Assembly: GCF_009914755.1 (NCBI RefSeq)
Contig: NC_060927.1
Length of the DNA stretch: 64,000 nucleotides
Strand: one strand, 5' to 3'
Source: the human T2T-CHM13v2.0 reference genome, Homo sapiens
The position numbers and the translations under genes were made by a program. Below the pieces are notes generated by a model, which searched no databases, was not told the DNA's origin, and saw only the letters and a list, made by a program, of their open reading frames with translations. Positions 14,401-29,230 of this stretch are shown here, one piece after another (position 1 is the stretch's first letter; each line of letters starts with the position of its first letter).

Positions 14401-15137
14401 GCTTCCCATACGCTAAACACTTCCAGAAGGCAGCTGACTTTGGAGACTAAAAGATACTTTCTATATGGTAGAAGCTAGGAAAGCACAAGTGTGAGGAATG
14501 GTTCCAGCGACAAATAGGCCCAGCACCAGTGTGGGACCTGAGCCACATATGTCTCACTTCTCTTAGTTTGAATATATTAGAAAACCTCTGCATTAATCAA
14601 TTCAAGATTATTGACATATTTTAGTATGTACAGTAACATAATCCATATGTGAATAACAATGCATATGTCTCATGCTAAAGTATTGTGCTAGGATATCAGA
14701 AGAAATTATATATATATATTATATATATATAAAAATATATTCCTTGGTACCAGTAACACCACCTTTTCAAATGTGTGTGTGTGGGGCGGGGTGGGGGGGA
14801 GAAAAAGAGAGGGAGAGAGAGAAAGAGAAGGAGGACCCAGAGTTAGAGTTTTAGAGTTAAAACTAAAATCATGGTTTCTTTTGTCAATAGTTCACCAAGT
14901 CTAAGAATTTGCTCTCAAATTTAAAATAGACAAGACAGTTGAACATATTCAATTGAAAGAGAGTAGATGTTTAGATTACAAATTGCCTATGTTTTTACTG
15001 AAGTATTAAAAGCTTGGGTTTCAAAATATCAAGACTGGTAAAGTTGTAAATTTTTATATAAAGTACATTTCTTAATTATATCATTTAGCTATACTTTGTA
15101 ATGTCTTTTTCGCTGGCTAAAGGACAATTAGTCTCAT

Positions 15138-15224
15138 GCCGAGATCATGCCATTGCACTCCAGCCTGGGTGACAGAGAAAGACTCCATCTCCACCACAAC
15201 AACAACAACAACAACAACAACAAC
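15138..15224 (+). mobile_element. 5'-truncated Alu 3' end with (CAA)n tail
   Basis: GCCGAGATCATGCCATTGCACTCCAGCCTGGGTGACAGAG followed by CAA repeats. Confidence 0.88.
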
Positions 15225-15499
15225 TATATATATATATAATATATATATATATTATATATATATATAATATATATATATTATATATATATAAAATATATAT
15301 ATATTATATATATATATAATATATATATATTATATATATATAATATATATATATTATATATATATAAAATATATATATATTATATATATATAAAATATAT
15401 ATATATTATATATATATAAAATATATATATATTATATATATATAAAATATATATATATTATATATATATAAAATATATATATATTATATATATATATAT
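15225..15499. repeat. 275-bp pure A/T, (TA)n-based palindromic minisatellite
   Basis: No G or C across 15225-15499. (TA) runs are broken alternately by AA/AAAA and TT, with a period of about 24-27 bp. Confidence 0.97.
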
Positions 15500-15566
15500 C
15501 CCTGCATTTCTGTATGCATTGATGAATTGATCTCAAAATTTATTGTTTAAAAAATGTCTGGGAGGC

Positions 15567-16376
<810 letters not shown>

Positions 16377-16759
16377 ATAGCAATTCAATTCATTGCTAAT
16401 TCATTTCTTCATGCTTCTATAGCCACACAATTTTATTAGGAAGGAAATCTCAAAGAGTTAAGACCAAGTTTTATCATTTTAAAGATTTTTTTAAAAGCTG
16501 AATGACATTAAAAGAGAAAACTTTTCCTGGAACACAGGTCTCCTGATGTCTAATCCATTAAGCCACACTGATTTCTTTTAGTATTATCTGAAATATGTCC
16601 TATTTTTATACATCTTGAAAACATGAGCTATTTTTCTATGAGATTATTATTTTCAAGGGAGACGGAAGTTGTGGTTACAGGTGTGCTCTTCTTGGTGGCA
16701 CAAAGCTGAAACTTTGTAATCATTATTAGTCATACTTCACCCTAGCATGCTTCCATTCT

Positions 16760-16895
16760 TCCCAGCTAAACTAAGGTTCATGAAGATGGACAGGGGCTGT
16801 CTCATCCATCATTTCCCTGCCCCTCACATCTCTACTACCTCTAACACAGTGCTGGGTACTTGGAAGGCACTCATTACCTATTTGTTGAATGAAAA
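16760..16895 (+). mobile_element. L2 3' end fragment
   Basis: ACACAGTGCTGGGTACTTGGAAGGCACTCA...TATTTGTTGAATGAA. Confidence 0.65.
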
Positions 16896-17374
16896 CAAAA
16901 AAGTGACACAAATACTTTTCTTTAGGAAAGAAAATAACTCTATCTAATATTCCCAAAATAAACTCTACTAACATTTTGGTGATATAAATCTATCTATAGA
17001 CAGAGATTAAGTCTGAATATATACATATACACATATATATATGATTATAATCAAATCAGTGTGTGGATATTAATGTATACATGAATTCATCCTCTTAAAC
17101 CAGGGAAGCTACACTTTGTCCTAGGCTCAAATGAGTAGACAGATGACTGTCCAAAGATCACCCATTATTTCACAGTTCAACCTAGAAGCTATTTGTGATA
17201 TCCAGAAACTGATACATGACTTAACAGATAATCAGTAATATGATATTAACAATGAAGAAAAAAAATTACCCAGAACCAGGAAATTAGACCTAGGTAATAT
17301 GGCTCAACAAAAGCCGTGTTTACAACTATACAAGATAATTGAATATGCTGGAATTTATGAATGATGTGGGTGGA

Positions 17375-17769
17375 TGATATGGTTTGAACATTTGTCCCCT
17401 TCAAATCTCATGTTGAAATGGGATCCCCAATGTTGGACATGGGATCTAGTGGGAGGTGTCTGGGTCATGAGGGCAGATCCCTCATGAATGGCTTGGTACC
17501 ATCTCCCTGTTGATGAGTGAGTTTTTGCTGTATTAGTTCACACAAGGTCTGATTGATAAAAAGAGCCTGGCATCTCCCGCCTCTCTCACCATGTGCTCCC
17601 CCTTCACCTTCTGCCATGACTGTAGGCTTCCTGAGACCTCACCAGAAGCAGATGCTGGCACTGATACTATACACTGTCTGCAGAATCTTGAGCCAAAATA
17701 AACCTCTTTTCTTTATAAATTACGCAGCCTCAGGTATTCCATTATAGCAATGCAAAATAGAATAACACA
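17375..17769 (+). mobile_element. MSTB-type solo LTR
   Basis: TGATATGGTTTG...AAATCTCATGTTGAAAT...AATAAACCTCTTTTCTTTATAAATTAC...ACA. Flanks GTGGA/GTGGG (4/5 TSD match). Confidence 0.9.
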
Positions 17770-18965
17770 GTGGGTTAAAAACACTTTCCTTTGAGGAAAA
17801 TGGGGAGACTCAAAAATTTTATTCACTAAGCTCTGTTAGCCAATCTTGCATCCTTGTTTAAACCTGGTTCCTTTGAACATATTGCAAACATACTAATGTA
17901 AGTTCAGTGAGATTTGTATGGTATAGTGTTCATTATGTTCAATATTCACACAGTCATATGTGAATTTCACTCACATAGTGTCAGAAATGAGACATTGACA
18001 AAAATTTGTTTTAAAAATTGATACAAGGGGCCTCATACTAAAAAGTATAAGTATGTGGTTCTGAATCCTAGAGTGGCCTAATGTCAGGCATCCACTGATG
18101 GCAACAATCCTAAGGCCCTGCTGGGTAGTTCAAGCAGCTGGATTGTCTGAAGACAGAAGGAATTTAAAAAGGCAGAGTAACAACTACCTCCAGAAACAGT
18201 GTCAGGCTAAGAGGATTGAACAAGGAAAGACAAGGAAACACAACTAATGGGAAAAATTGAAAACTGTGCTTAGAAACTGTGCTTGCAAATATATAATCAA
18301 AAAGGAGGGGCCCAAGTGAAGGAATCTTTGATCTGTAGGCAAATTCCCTGAATGTGGAAACAGATAAAACAGGAAATCAACCAAGGCTGCCCTTGCTGAT
18401 GTCACAAGGAGTACCCAGGAGTAATTGAGTGATTACTACACCCAGGAGTACCACAGAGTAATTAAGTGAGCCAGTGCATCCTTCTCTATCCTGATAAATA
18501 TGAATGTAATGAGCCAGGAACAAAATGAGTTAACCAAGAAGATACTGAATACACATTCATGTTATTACCTCAAGGGCCTATTAACTCATTCTTTGTAGCT
18601 GCCATAACATTATGTGTTAAGTCTTAAAAGAAGACACGGGACTCTGATCAGGCATAGCATATTATCATAATAATATCCTACTTCTAGGGATTAATAAAAA
18701 TATAGTAGACTCTGGATATAGAAATGACCCATCTCAATAATTCTGGCTGAAAAATTAACCCCAGAAAATGCAAAGCTCAAACAAAACTGAAAAATCCCTA
18801 TTTAGTCTGTACAGTATACAATAAGTATACTGTGTACATTGAAAGAGAGTGAATAAGGTACATGCAAAATATTCTAGAGCTAGTATACTTATAGCTGATA
18901 GAAATCACTCTCTTCCCTCCATAGGACTTAGAAAGCTGTAAGCTTTATTGGGAAATTATCTGTCT

Positions 18966-18966
<1 letters not shown>

Positions 18967-19010
<44 letters not shown>
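18967..19010. repeat. (TATC)11 tetranucleotide STR with a degenerate extension to about 19055
   Basis: Direct count of 11 perfect units. Confidence 0.95.
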
Positions 19011-19011
<1 letters not shown>

Positions 19012-19570
19012 CTATCTATCTGTCTGTCTATATCATCTACCTAATCTATCTATCTCTCTTATAGTTTCTAGAGAGGAAAACAATTTAAATGAGGACCAAA
19101 ACAGGTCAGACTTTAGGAAACATCAAGCAAATATTTAAACAAGTACTACATTTCAGATCATGAAATGCTTATTAGATTGGATGTTGTCACTAGCCTTACA
19201 AAGGTGGGTGCACTTTATATATAGCAGATTACATCAGATAATCTTAAATCTTCAAGGATGTCTGTACCATATATTCCTTGGAATTATTTAGGAATGCGTT
19301 TTCAGCAATGATGACTCTCATGTACTACCGGGTCCTGGTGGAGAGACACACTATCTCATTCTGAAGCTATGAATACTCTCACATAAGGGTCAGCAGTACC
19401 GAGTAAACTACCCAATCCATTTTCCTTCTGCCCTTAGAAGACATTCCAGCTTATCATGGTTTTTTACCTGGTGAGGTGACCTGCATTTTTATTCCTGAGT
19501 GGTCTGAGTCATTATCAGTCCTGCCCAAATGGGGGTGTAATTTTCCATTGACTATAAGGCATGGGAAGTA

Positions 19571-19725
19571 CCAAGAAGTACTTCCATTATGTCAAACATA
19601 CCTCTCCTTTCTCTAAATTTCCCACAAAATTCAGGATTAGTATCCCCAGGAAGTATCTCCTTTACTTCAAACATACCTCTCTTTTCTCTAAATTTTTCAT
19701 AAAATTCAAGATTAGTATTCTCAGG
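19571..19725. repeat. 75-bp tandem duplication inside the ERVL remnant
   Basis: CCA(A/G)GAAGTA at 19571 and 19646. TCAAACATACCTCTC at 19592 and 19667. Confidence 0.9.
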
Positions 19726-21046
19726 CAATATAGTGAAACCTCTTTTTATGTCTTTGATTCAGTGGCATAAAGAATCCATATTGAAGAGTTGGTGGTTTCA
19801 ACTTCTAGTTCAATGAATTCAGGGTTGTGTCCCCTGATGGAAGCATTCCTCCCTTTAGAATGAAGACTTCTAGACCATCGGAGCCTAAAGTAATAGGGAA
19901 AGAAACGGTTGCTTGCAAATTTCTAGCAGTAATAGTGAGAGGAGTCACTCTTATTTCTAAACTTTGATTCCAGAACCCATGAATGCTGGCTAGGGGAGAA
20001 TCATATATTCAACGCTTACTTACAGTATATACAAACCACATCCTAAAATACATTGCTTTAGCTCTGTAAGGTGTTGCCACCCAGTTGGTATTATAACGGA
20101 GTCTTCAGAAGGCCATCCACCATTTTATCAATCCAGCTGCTTCAGGATGCTGAGGCATGGTAAGACCAGTGAATTCCATGAGTATGGGCCCAACGCAACA
20201 CTTCACTTACTGTGAAATTAGTTCTTCTCTTAGAAACTATGTTTGGTGATCATGGTATCTCTCCTGCCAGGTTAAGACATTCTGTAAGCGCATGCCTAGA
20301 AGGCATTGTAGTCAGGGAAGGTAATCCAGATCCTGGGTAAGTGTTTGTTCTAGTAAGAAAAAAAGTATTTTCTCCTCCATCATGAAAACGATCCATTTTA
20401 ATCATCCTGCCATTAGGTAGCTGGCTGATCCATTTGGATAATGGTGCCATATTGGAAATTCAGTGATAGTTTCTGCTGCTAGCACATTGGGTATTCAGTA
20501 GTGGCTGTCACTAGACCAGCCTTGTTGAGTGAAAGTCTAGGTTGCTGAGACTATGTGTAACCTCCATCTCTGCCATGCTGGCTGTTTCATTCATCAGCCT
20601 GTTGACCAGTGACAGGAGTAGCTGGTGAAATTGGCTAATTGATGTTCATAGAATGAAACATCCTAGCCATTTGATTTAAATCTTTTGTTGCTGAGGTCAC
20701 CAGGTCACCCTTTAGTGATATTCATAAGGGACACAAAATCTTTACATTCTGTGAACATTCTGAGAAGTTTAACCACATGTCTATTCCCTATGTCTCCTTG
20801 TAACTAATTTTACAATCATGTTCCTTCCATATTCTAAACTATTCAGCAATATCATTAACCACAGCCCCTAAGTCAGTGTGGACTCATATCTGGCCAGTGA
20901 AATAAGCAACCAGATGCTCTGCTCAAAGTTTTTGCTAGTAAAGGTTTCCCTTCCATTCCATCCTTCAGGACCAACTCAGAGAGGGACTGTAGTTCTGCAG
21001 TTATTCACTTTTGGATGTTTTATGATATTGTATAGAATCATCTCTA

Positions 21047-21347
<301 letters not shown>

Positions 21348-21720
21348 AGAATCATTTTTAAACCAAGCCAAAGCTGTTCTTTCCTCAGTCATTGGTGCTC
21401 ATGAGGTAATAGGAGAGGGTTGAGAGAGATAAGGTAATATATCTAGCAGGAGTAGAGGCCAAGGGTATTTGAGTCACCTACTTTCTCACGCAACTTACTT
21501 GTACCTTGAAGACCTTCTTGAACAGGTCTTATGGATACCACTTCCATTTGATGAAGGAGTGCTGCCACCCAAAATCAATTTTACAGTTTGGTGAAACAAA
21601 TAACGTCAAGCCCATAATGTAAACCTTTCATGGCAATTTTCTGGCTTTCAGTCAAACATTCTGTGTCTACCCAACACCATCTTCATAATCAGCTAGCATT
21701 CATGGGTGTAAAATCAAACA

Positions 21721-21900
21721 ATGACAATGGGACTGACTTCTTTCATGGTTACCTTTAGTGATTCTCCAGTAACAATTTGGTTTCCTATCCCTACTAATTT
21801 AGGTTATTTTAGTCTAGAAATCATGCTTCCACAAGGGAGAATACTTCCACTAGGGGACCCAATTGTAATTTTCTTGAGGTTGAGACTGCTGCTGGCCAAT
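21721..21900 (+). pseudogene. ERVL dUTPase-region remnant, opposite in orientation to the adjacent ERVL
   Basis: The ORF segment SDSPVTIWFPIPTNLGYFSLEIMLPQGRILPLGDPIVIFLRLRL resembles recalled HERV-L SDPLAKFLLPVPATL.SAGLEVLVPEGGMLPPGDT..IPLNWKL. It is also similar to the reverse complement of 19790-19950. Confidence 0.65.
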
Positions 21901-21904
21901 TGGT

Positions 21905-22435
21905 ACTCTTCCCTTTCAGAAATGGAGCTTACTTCCTTTCCCCTTTAATGTGAGCTGGATTTAGTGATTTGCATCTAGTCTATAGAATACAACAGAAGTG
22001 ATATTATGTCACTTCCAAGATAAAGTTATAAAATGATTGAAGCTTTTGTCTTGGGTTCTCTTGCATGTTCCATCTCTCTTTGATCACTTGCTCTTTGGAA
22101 GCCAGATGTCATCTCACAGGGACACTTATGGAAGCCTATGAAATGACCCATGTGGTGAAGAACTGAAGACTTGGATCAAGTCCAGCAAAGAATTAAGGCC
22201 TCCCAACCAAGATATGTATGAACTTGGAAGTGGATCCTTCCTTAGTTGGCTCTTCAGATGAGACTGTAGCCATACTTGACAGTTTAACAGCAACCTCAGG
22301 AAAGACTTTCAGCCAGAATGTTCCAGCTAATCAGCCTCCAGATCTCTAACCCACAGAAACTGTAAGATAATAAATTGTTGTTTAAATCTGCTAAGTTTTG
22401 GCATAATTTATTATGTAGCATCAGATAACTAAACT
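21905..22435 (+). mobile_element. MLT1F-type LTR
   Basis: GAGCTGGATTTAGTGATTTGC...CCCACAGAAACTGTAAGATAATAAA...GCATCAGATAACTAA. Confidence 0.78.
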
Positions 22436-22559
22436 AACCAACATTAAAGTTGACCTGACCTACATTCACCAGGGGTTGGAACTTTGTGGCATTTGATCTC
22501 AATATGTACACAGCTCAGTGGAAGATCAGATTACACAGGAGGATCTTGCGAACAACTGA

Positions 22560-23600
22560 AAGAGCTTCTGCTTTGACTTGCATTAAATTAGACAGCTATT
22601 AGAAGGCTTTAAGCAGAATAGTGACATGCTATAATATATATTTAAAAGTACCACTCTAGTTGCTAAGTTGAAAATAGGCTATAGAAGGCTACAGCAGAGA
22701 GACATGTTAAGAAAGTATTGCAGTAATCTAGGTGAAGATGATTGTGTCTCAGAATAAAGTGTTAACAGTGAGTGTTGTGAAAAATGTTTGTATTTTGGAT
22801 ATATTTTAAAGTAGAACCAACGGTATTTTCTGATAAATTCAATATGGGTTGAGGAAAAAAAGAGAAGAATCAAAATGGTTCCACAGTTTCACCTGAGCAG
22901 CTGAACATTTGGAGTTACCATCTATTGAGATGTAAGTTGAAATCATGTGAAAAAGAGTCCAGGAGTTTATTTAAACATTTTGAGTTTGAGGCATTTGTTA
23001 CATTTCCAGGCAAAAATATCAGGTAGGCATTTGGATATATATGAGCCTGTACTTTGGATGAAAGGTCGAGTTGGAGGTATACCTTTGGGAATTACTAGAA
23101 AATATTTTATCGTTAAAGCCTGAGAACTTGACAAGCTCACCAAAACAGTGTGCAGAGATAAAAAAGAGAAGGGTTCTGACCATAAGATCCTCTAAAATTA
23201 AGAGGCAAGGCAGAGTAAAGAGGAGGCACTAGGAAAAGAAGATGAGAATGAATACCCAGTGGAATGGAAGGACCATTATCCATTTCATCTGGATTACTGC
23301 AACAGCCTCTTTTCTTCCCATTTCTACACGCTCTCCCTTCCATTCCACAGTCCCCAAAGCAGCAAAACAAGAGTGAGTTCCTTTGTAAATCAACCTACAA
23401 AGCACTCTTGTTTTAATGCCTTTGGTAGCTTCTTTTTGCACATCCAAGCCTTGGTCTTGTATCGCCAAAACTTTCAATGGTATTCAGAATCAGTGCTTTA
23501 TCCTGAATGTTTTCCTTTGGCCCTCCTGATTCTGATCTTCCATGCTTCTGACATTGACTATGTTAAATTCAGACTTTCTCCTTTCTGTCCTGCATATTAC
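22560..23600. mobile_element. Two L2 fragments in opposite orientation (minus about 22560-23200, plus about 23270-23600)
   Basis: TATTGCAGTAATCTAGG...GGATATATTTTAAAGTAGAACCAAC (L2 minus) and CTGGATTACTGCAACAGCCTC (L2 plus). Confidence 0.7.
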
Positions 23601-26449
23601 ATGATTTGACAGATTTAGATGTTAGCATTCTGAACAACAGCATTTCAACTGACAGTTTTCTTTTAGCGTAGTTCAACAAAAAAGAACTGGGCATTTCAAG
23701 TGACACACTTGGTTCTTTTTGATATACATACTAGGAGCTGGTCCCTCTTCTGTGTGACGATTTGCAGAAAACCCCTTCAAAATAGGCTCAATAGCCCTCT
23801 CTATATATTTTAGCACTTAAAATTGATTAAATATTTATTATATAGTTCAGAAAAACATAGGCTACTTTTCCAAACCAAGTTACTTACAGGCTGGTAGATA
23901 TCATTACCTTGTATTTAAATCACACTTTATAATTTGAATTTTATTCCCATAGCATTATCCATCACCTTAGTTATTATCAGTTAAACAAAGAACTTTGTTT
24001 TAGACAATAAACTCAACATAAAAATATATATATATATATGCTTCTTTCTAGGAAATTATGTCTACTGTTTTACTACTCTTACCACTTCTTTTACATTTTG
24101 CCATTTGTAATTTTATAAATGTCAGAACAATGTTTTATTGCATTCCTTGTTAGTATTGAAGTCTAGGAAATAATGAGTGCTACAAGTTTAATTCTTTAAC
24201 ATAAGACTTCTTTGTTTGAGCCGTATACACTCACAGATGGTAACAAGACCAGAAATGTCATTTTGAACAGAAGAAAAAAAATACAATCTTAGCAGTAATA
24301 GTGCACTTAAAAATGATGTAGGATCTAGCAGACAACAGTCATTTAATGAAAATCGTGGATGCTCTGTGAAATGCTTTAGCTGCCAATGGAAAATCCTTTT
24401 TTATATTTTGTTTATTGCCTTTTCCTTTTCTTTCAAAATTCCCTTTTATTTGTTTGTTGGTACATAGACTCCTAACACTACTGAGTTCCCTTACATAGCT
24501 GTTGTTTTTGTTTTCCTTTGAGAATTGTATATATTCAAGGAACCTAGGGATGCAGGGCAATTTTATTCTGGCCCTTCAGCAAGTCTGATTTCAATGTTAC
24601 ATGTTACTTCCATCCTCAGCATTCTCTCAGGCAGTTATTTTTTTAAAAATGTGTTTTCCACTTGCTTGATGTGTTTTTTATACTTTCATTTGCTGTCATG
24701 GATCATTCACTTTCCAGAAGTGCCTTCACTCTGAGAGGACAAACAGCCAGTGTTGCCTAGCTACATGCTTCACCATTACATTTTAGAGCACCCTCTTGGA
24801 ATCTAAGTAGATTCATTCGTCTGAATAAAAAAAGGCATATCAGATTTCACTGTGCTCCTGATCTCCTCAGAAACAATTAGATACACTTATCTCACTTTGA
24901 AAAAAAATAAAGGAAATAGATCTTTTCTGTGTTCTGATACTTCCAGGTTTATGTACAACTGCAGTGCTTGATGGGCCCATGATAGTTAGGGAGCATTAGA
25001 TCTTCCATTGAGGAGTATCTTATGTTTACAAATTCACTTCATGACTAAATTTAGATCATTTTTGACAGGTGTAAAAGTAGACTATTTCTTTTTTCGAGAA
25101 AATGATGTTTTAGGATGCTCTTTTCTTTCAAGTGGGTACTTTAATATTTGTGTAGAACTTGTCTCCATATTTTTAATGGGAGAATAAAAAAGACTTTATA
25201 CTAGTAACATAAAGACGGGGAAAGTTAGAGGCAGAGAAAACTGAATTTATTCGCTACATTTTCACTATTTTAAATCTAATTTTCAGTGCAGTTGTTGTAT
25301 TAAAAGCCACTTCATTGCTTTATATAAGTACACATGTAGCTGCTCAAACAAATGCTACTTGGAATGGTTCTGTTATCTTATGCCAAACTCTGAAAATGCA
25401 AACCTGCTAAACCTAAACCTGCTGTCCCCCAAACCAGCTGCTTTTTTGGTATGAAGTTATGATAGATGCCTATGTGTGTGTATTTTTATTTCAGACTGAA
25501 ATCTGTGAATCATCCTTGGCTCTCGTGTTCTTTAATCTTCAATAGTAAACAAGTCATGCAAATCCTAAGTCTGATGGTTATACTCTCAGATTTTGAGATT
25601 TGTGTCTTCCTTTCCAAACCCAAATCTCATCTTTACATTCATGACCTTCCACCTAATTGCCTACAGTACATTCTTATTTAACAGTGATGTCCCATTAAAT
25701 TCACCAAACTGTTTCTCTGATTAGAAATGATTAGTAACTTCCCACAAGCTACAATTTATCCTTTATCCCACGATAAAGTTTATCCTGGGAAGGAAAGTAC
25801 CTATAGCTTATCCAATACTGTTTCACTATTTCATGGTAAAAATCCACATTCCCGACCAGGCTCATCTCTTCTTTGCCTTTCAAAATGTTCTTTCCGTCTT
25901 CAATATTTTGGTATTTATTTCTTTTCTCCAACCCTTTAAAAATTTTCTGATATTTATTTTACTTCAATTTATTCATTTAATATATTATTTTGTTTTGTTA
26001 TTTTATTTTTTAACAAAGTAATACTTTTGAAAAATCAAATATTACTAAAGATTATATAATGTGAAAGTAGCAAATCTCTTTCACTTTTCTCCTTCATCCA
26101 TAATACTATTTTCTGGCATTCCATCTTTTTATTCAAATGGCTAATTTTACTTTTATTTACAGACATTTTCCTAAATAATCTTTATATTGGTATTTCTTGG
26201 CAAAAGTACTTCAGGCAATCTCTTCTTATTTCTAATCTTGGTAACTCAGAACTAAGCTCTCCTCCCTTTTCCTACCTTTAAATGAAGCAATGCATTATGT
26301 TTATGCCTCCTTTTTGGGCAACTTTATTATTTTTCCCCTAGAGTTTATCATCTCATTTTTTACTGAACTTTTAAAATGTACCCATTATTAACATGTTTGT
26401 TCTCAAAAATTCTGCCACCTGCCTATTTTTCATGTATTCTATCTTTTCA

Positions 26450-27300
26450 ATTTCACTTCTTTTCTTGATGTCATTATTTTCAGGGTCTTTTCTTTGGTTT
26501 TAATATGGACTGGTTACTTTTTAGGGTTACTCAACTGCTGTCATACAGTTACTCACTTTGCCTGTGAGATAGATTCCGTCCTTTCTAAATCTCAAATTTT
26601 ATATCTTCATTTTATGAGTCACACTGTCGAATAGATTTCCAACAAAGGACACATACAAAACAAAAATTTGTATTTGCATATCTGCAATTTGCTTTACTCT
26701 AAGTTGCTACTTGATTGATTTTGGATTATAGAATTCTAGGTTAAATATAACTTTACTCAGAATTTTGAAATAATTTCTCTATTGTTATACCGTAAACTTT
26801 AAATTTGCTGATAAGTTATCTATTGCTATTTAGACTATTGATTTTACGTACATGACCTATTTTTATCTCTAGAATATTTTAGAATTTTTCTTTAATGCTT
26901 GTATTCTAAATTTTCCCATGATTTGCCTTTACTTATGTCATTTTCCCCCACCATTTATTGTTCTAGGCATCAGATAGCTCACCAAATGTCTTGTGGCATT
27001 TAACTTTAGGCAAAATTCTTTTACTTTTATATTTGTTAATTTATTATTTTCTCTGTCCTCTCTATAACTTTCATTGTTCTTCATCATGTTAATTAGTAAG
27101 CTGTTAGGCATCCTGAATTTATCATTTAAATTTATTATCTTTGTTTTCTAATTTATAAATCTTTCTTCTATTCCAATTTTAGATTCTCTTTGATTTATTC
27201 TCCTATAATAATGATGAAACAATTTTACCTATACTATTTTAAATTTCCAGTTCTTTCTTACTATTTTCTCATTTCATGCTGGCTCCATTTTTATAGATTT
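26450..27300 (-). mobile_element. Degenerate old L1M (ORF1-region) fragment
   Basis: T-rich, with GGATTATAGAATTCTAGGTT...CTCAGAATTTTGAA typical of the L1M ORF1 antisense strand. Boundaries approximate. Confidence 0.5.
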
Positions 27301-27896
27301 TATTTCATAGATATAATTTTTTGCTTCATTTTTAGTAACCTGCACTGTTTCTACTGGCTCTTTTTTGGTTTTGCTTTAATCTCTCTTTCATGTTTGAGAT
27401 TTTTAAATAGAATTGTTTCATAAGCCTTAAATAACCAGTCATATTGATTAATTTATAAATATTTATTGAGCACCTAGTATGTGCCAAAGAATACTGTTTT
27501 ATAAGATAGTAATACAATTTTTGAAAAACTTTTTAAAAAGAAGCATTGCCCTAGGATGGAGATGTTTAAAAGCTGATTGTGAGTTCTGGGTTTTATAATA
27601 GTATTTGCAGAACTGTTGTTATTGAACTAACTCTACCATAAATAACAACACTCAATTCTGGAAATATTAATAACATAAAAAAACAGCTGTTTGAAAACTG
27701 GAAAGCAAACAAAACCAGGTTAAGAAAATAAATAAGGAGGATCTATGCTTTGAAAAAAGGGAGACATAATGAGAGAGATTTTCACCCAAGTACTTTCACC
27801 AGCACCGGAAGATAAAATTCAAGCAGAAAATTACATATTATTAACCTGAATACACAGAGTATAAAGTTCAGGGCTTTCTAAACGACTAAAAATTGA

Positions 27897-28204
27897 GGCC
27901 AGACGCGGTAACTCACGCTTGTAATCCCAGCACTTTGGGAGGCTGAGTCCTAAGGATCGCTTGAGTCCAGGAGCTAGAGACCAGCCTGGCTAACATGGGC
28001 AGAACCCCGTCTTTACAGGAAAAAAAAATATATATATATATTAGCCAGGCGTTGTAGTGCCCACCTGCAGTCCCAGCTACTCAGGAAGCTTAGGTGGGAG
28101 AATTGCCTGAGCCCAGGAGGTTGAGGGTGTAGTGAGCCGAGATCTCACCATTGCACTCCAGCCTGGACAACCAGAGTGAGACCCTGTCTCAAAGAAAAAA
28201 TAAA
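27897..28204 (+). mobile_element. AluJ
   Basis: GGATCGCTTGAGTCCAGGAG and GAGACCCTGTCTC are AluJ diagnostics. Confidence 0.9.
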
Positions 28205-28832
28205 TTTTTTTTTGAAAGGCCCAATCCTGGGAAAGAAAAAAAGAGAACCATGTAAGAGAAGCTCCAAAATCTACACATAAAGTCTACTCAAATCGTTTGC
28301 TAACCCTAAACTGTGCTTGTACAGAAAAAACCCCTAACTTGCCCAGTAAAAAGCAACAGTTGTAAGGTTGCCGGAGATAAGCAGAGAATTTAGCTACTTT
28401 CCGGTACAGAGGTGACAGTTTTGAGCTCAAGTCTTGCCAAATTTAAAAGACCCAGGAAACACTTCGTTTTCCACTCACACCGAAGAAAGGACATATTTCA
28501 ACATGGTTTCTCAGTACTAAGGAATTTATCACAAGACAAAGGGCAAATCTAAAAATGACTTGTCCTAACAGAAAATAAAACCATACCTTTAAAAGTTCAA
28601 GGCAAACCACCAGTCATTTAACAGCCTGCTTAACAAAATTCAACATTCCCTAGAAGAAAATACCAGAACCCAAAATATTTACAACTTATTAACAATGTCC
28701 ATCATAATATGAAGCATTTACTAGATACACAAATAAACAGAAATTACGATGTAGCATTAGTGTAAAAATCAATTTAAGAAATTCACAAGTTACCCAGATA
28801 CGGGAATTAGTATACAAAACTGTAAAATAATA

Positions 28833-29230
28833 TGTTAATCCAGGTCCTGCAAGAGCACTTGCCAAGATACATTAATATGTGCAAGGAATTTATTAAGGTT
28901 AATTATTGTAATAAATTAATGGAACAGAGTTGTGAAAAGCTGGGGGTGGGGGGGCAGGTGCCATTGGACTGTGATGCAGGCCTGACCTTGAGTGAAGCAG
29001 AGAGAGAAGAAAGCTTAGGTGGTAGCATATTATACTGAACTGTAGTCCTAAAGAAGGCTTATGCAGTGTTCAGGCCAAATTTGCCCATCAAAGGAGTCCC
29101 GCATATTCCAAAAGAAGTCTCCCTCAGCATTACTATCGTGCTAATTCCTAGGCTGGGAGCAGCGTGTGGGGGTATATTGTGCTCTCCACACTTGGAGAGC
29201 TGGGCAATATGATCTCATGGCTGTCACTGT
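28833..29230 (-). mobile_element. LTR41-like ERVL LTR
   Basis: CCAGGTCC...GCCAAGA...ATGTGCAAGGAATTTATT...GACTGTGATGCAGGCCTGACC...GGAGTCCCGC...GGCTGGGAGCAGC. Confidence 0.65.

Noticed and set aside
22560-23600. Inverted L2 pair as a hairpin or miRNA precursor
   Set aside because: The arms are too diverged and too far apart for a stable stem by inspection.
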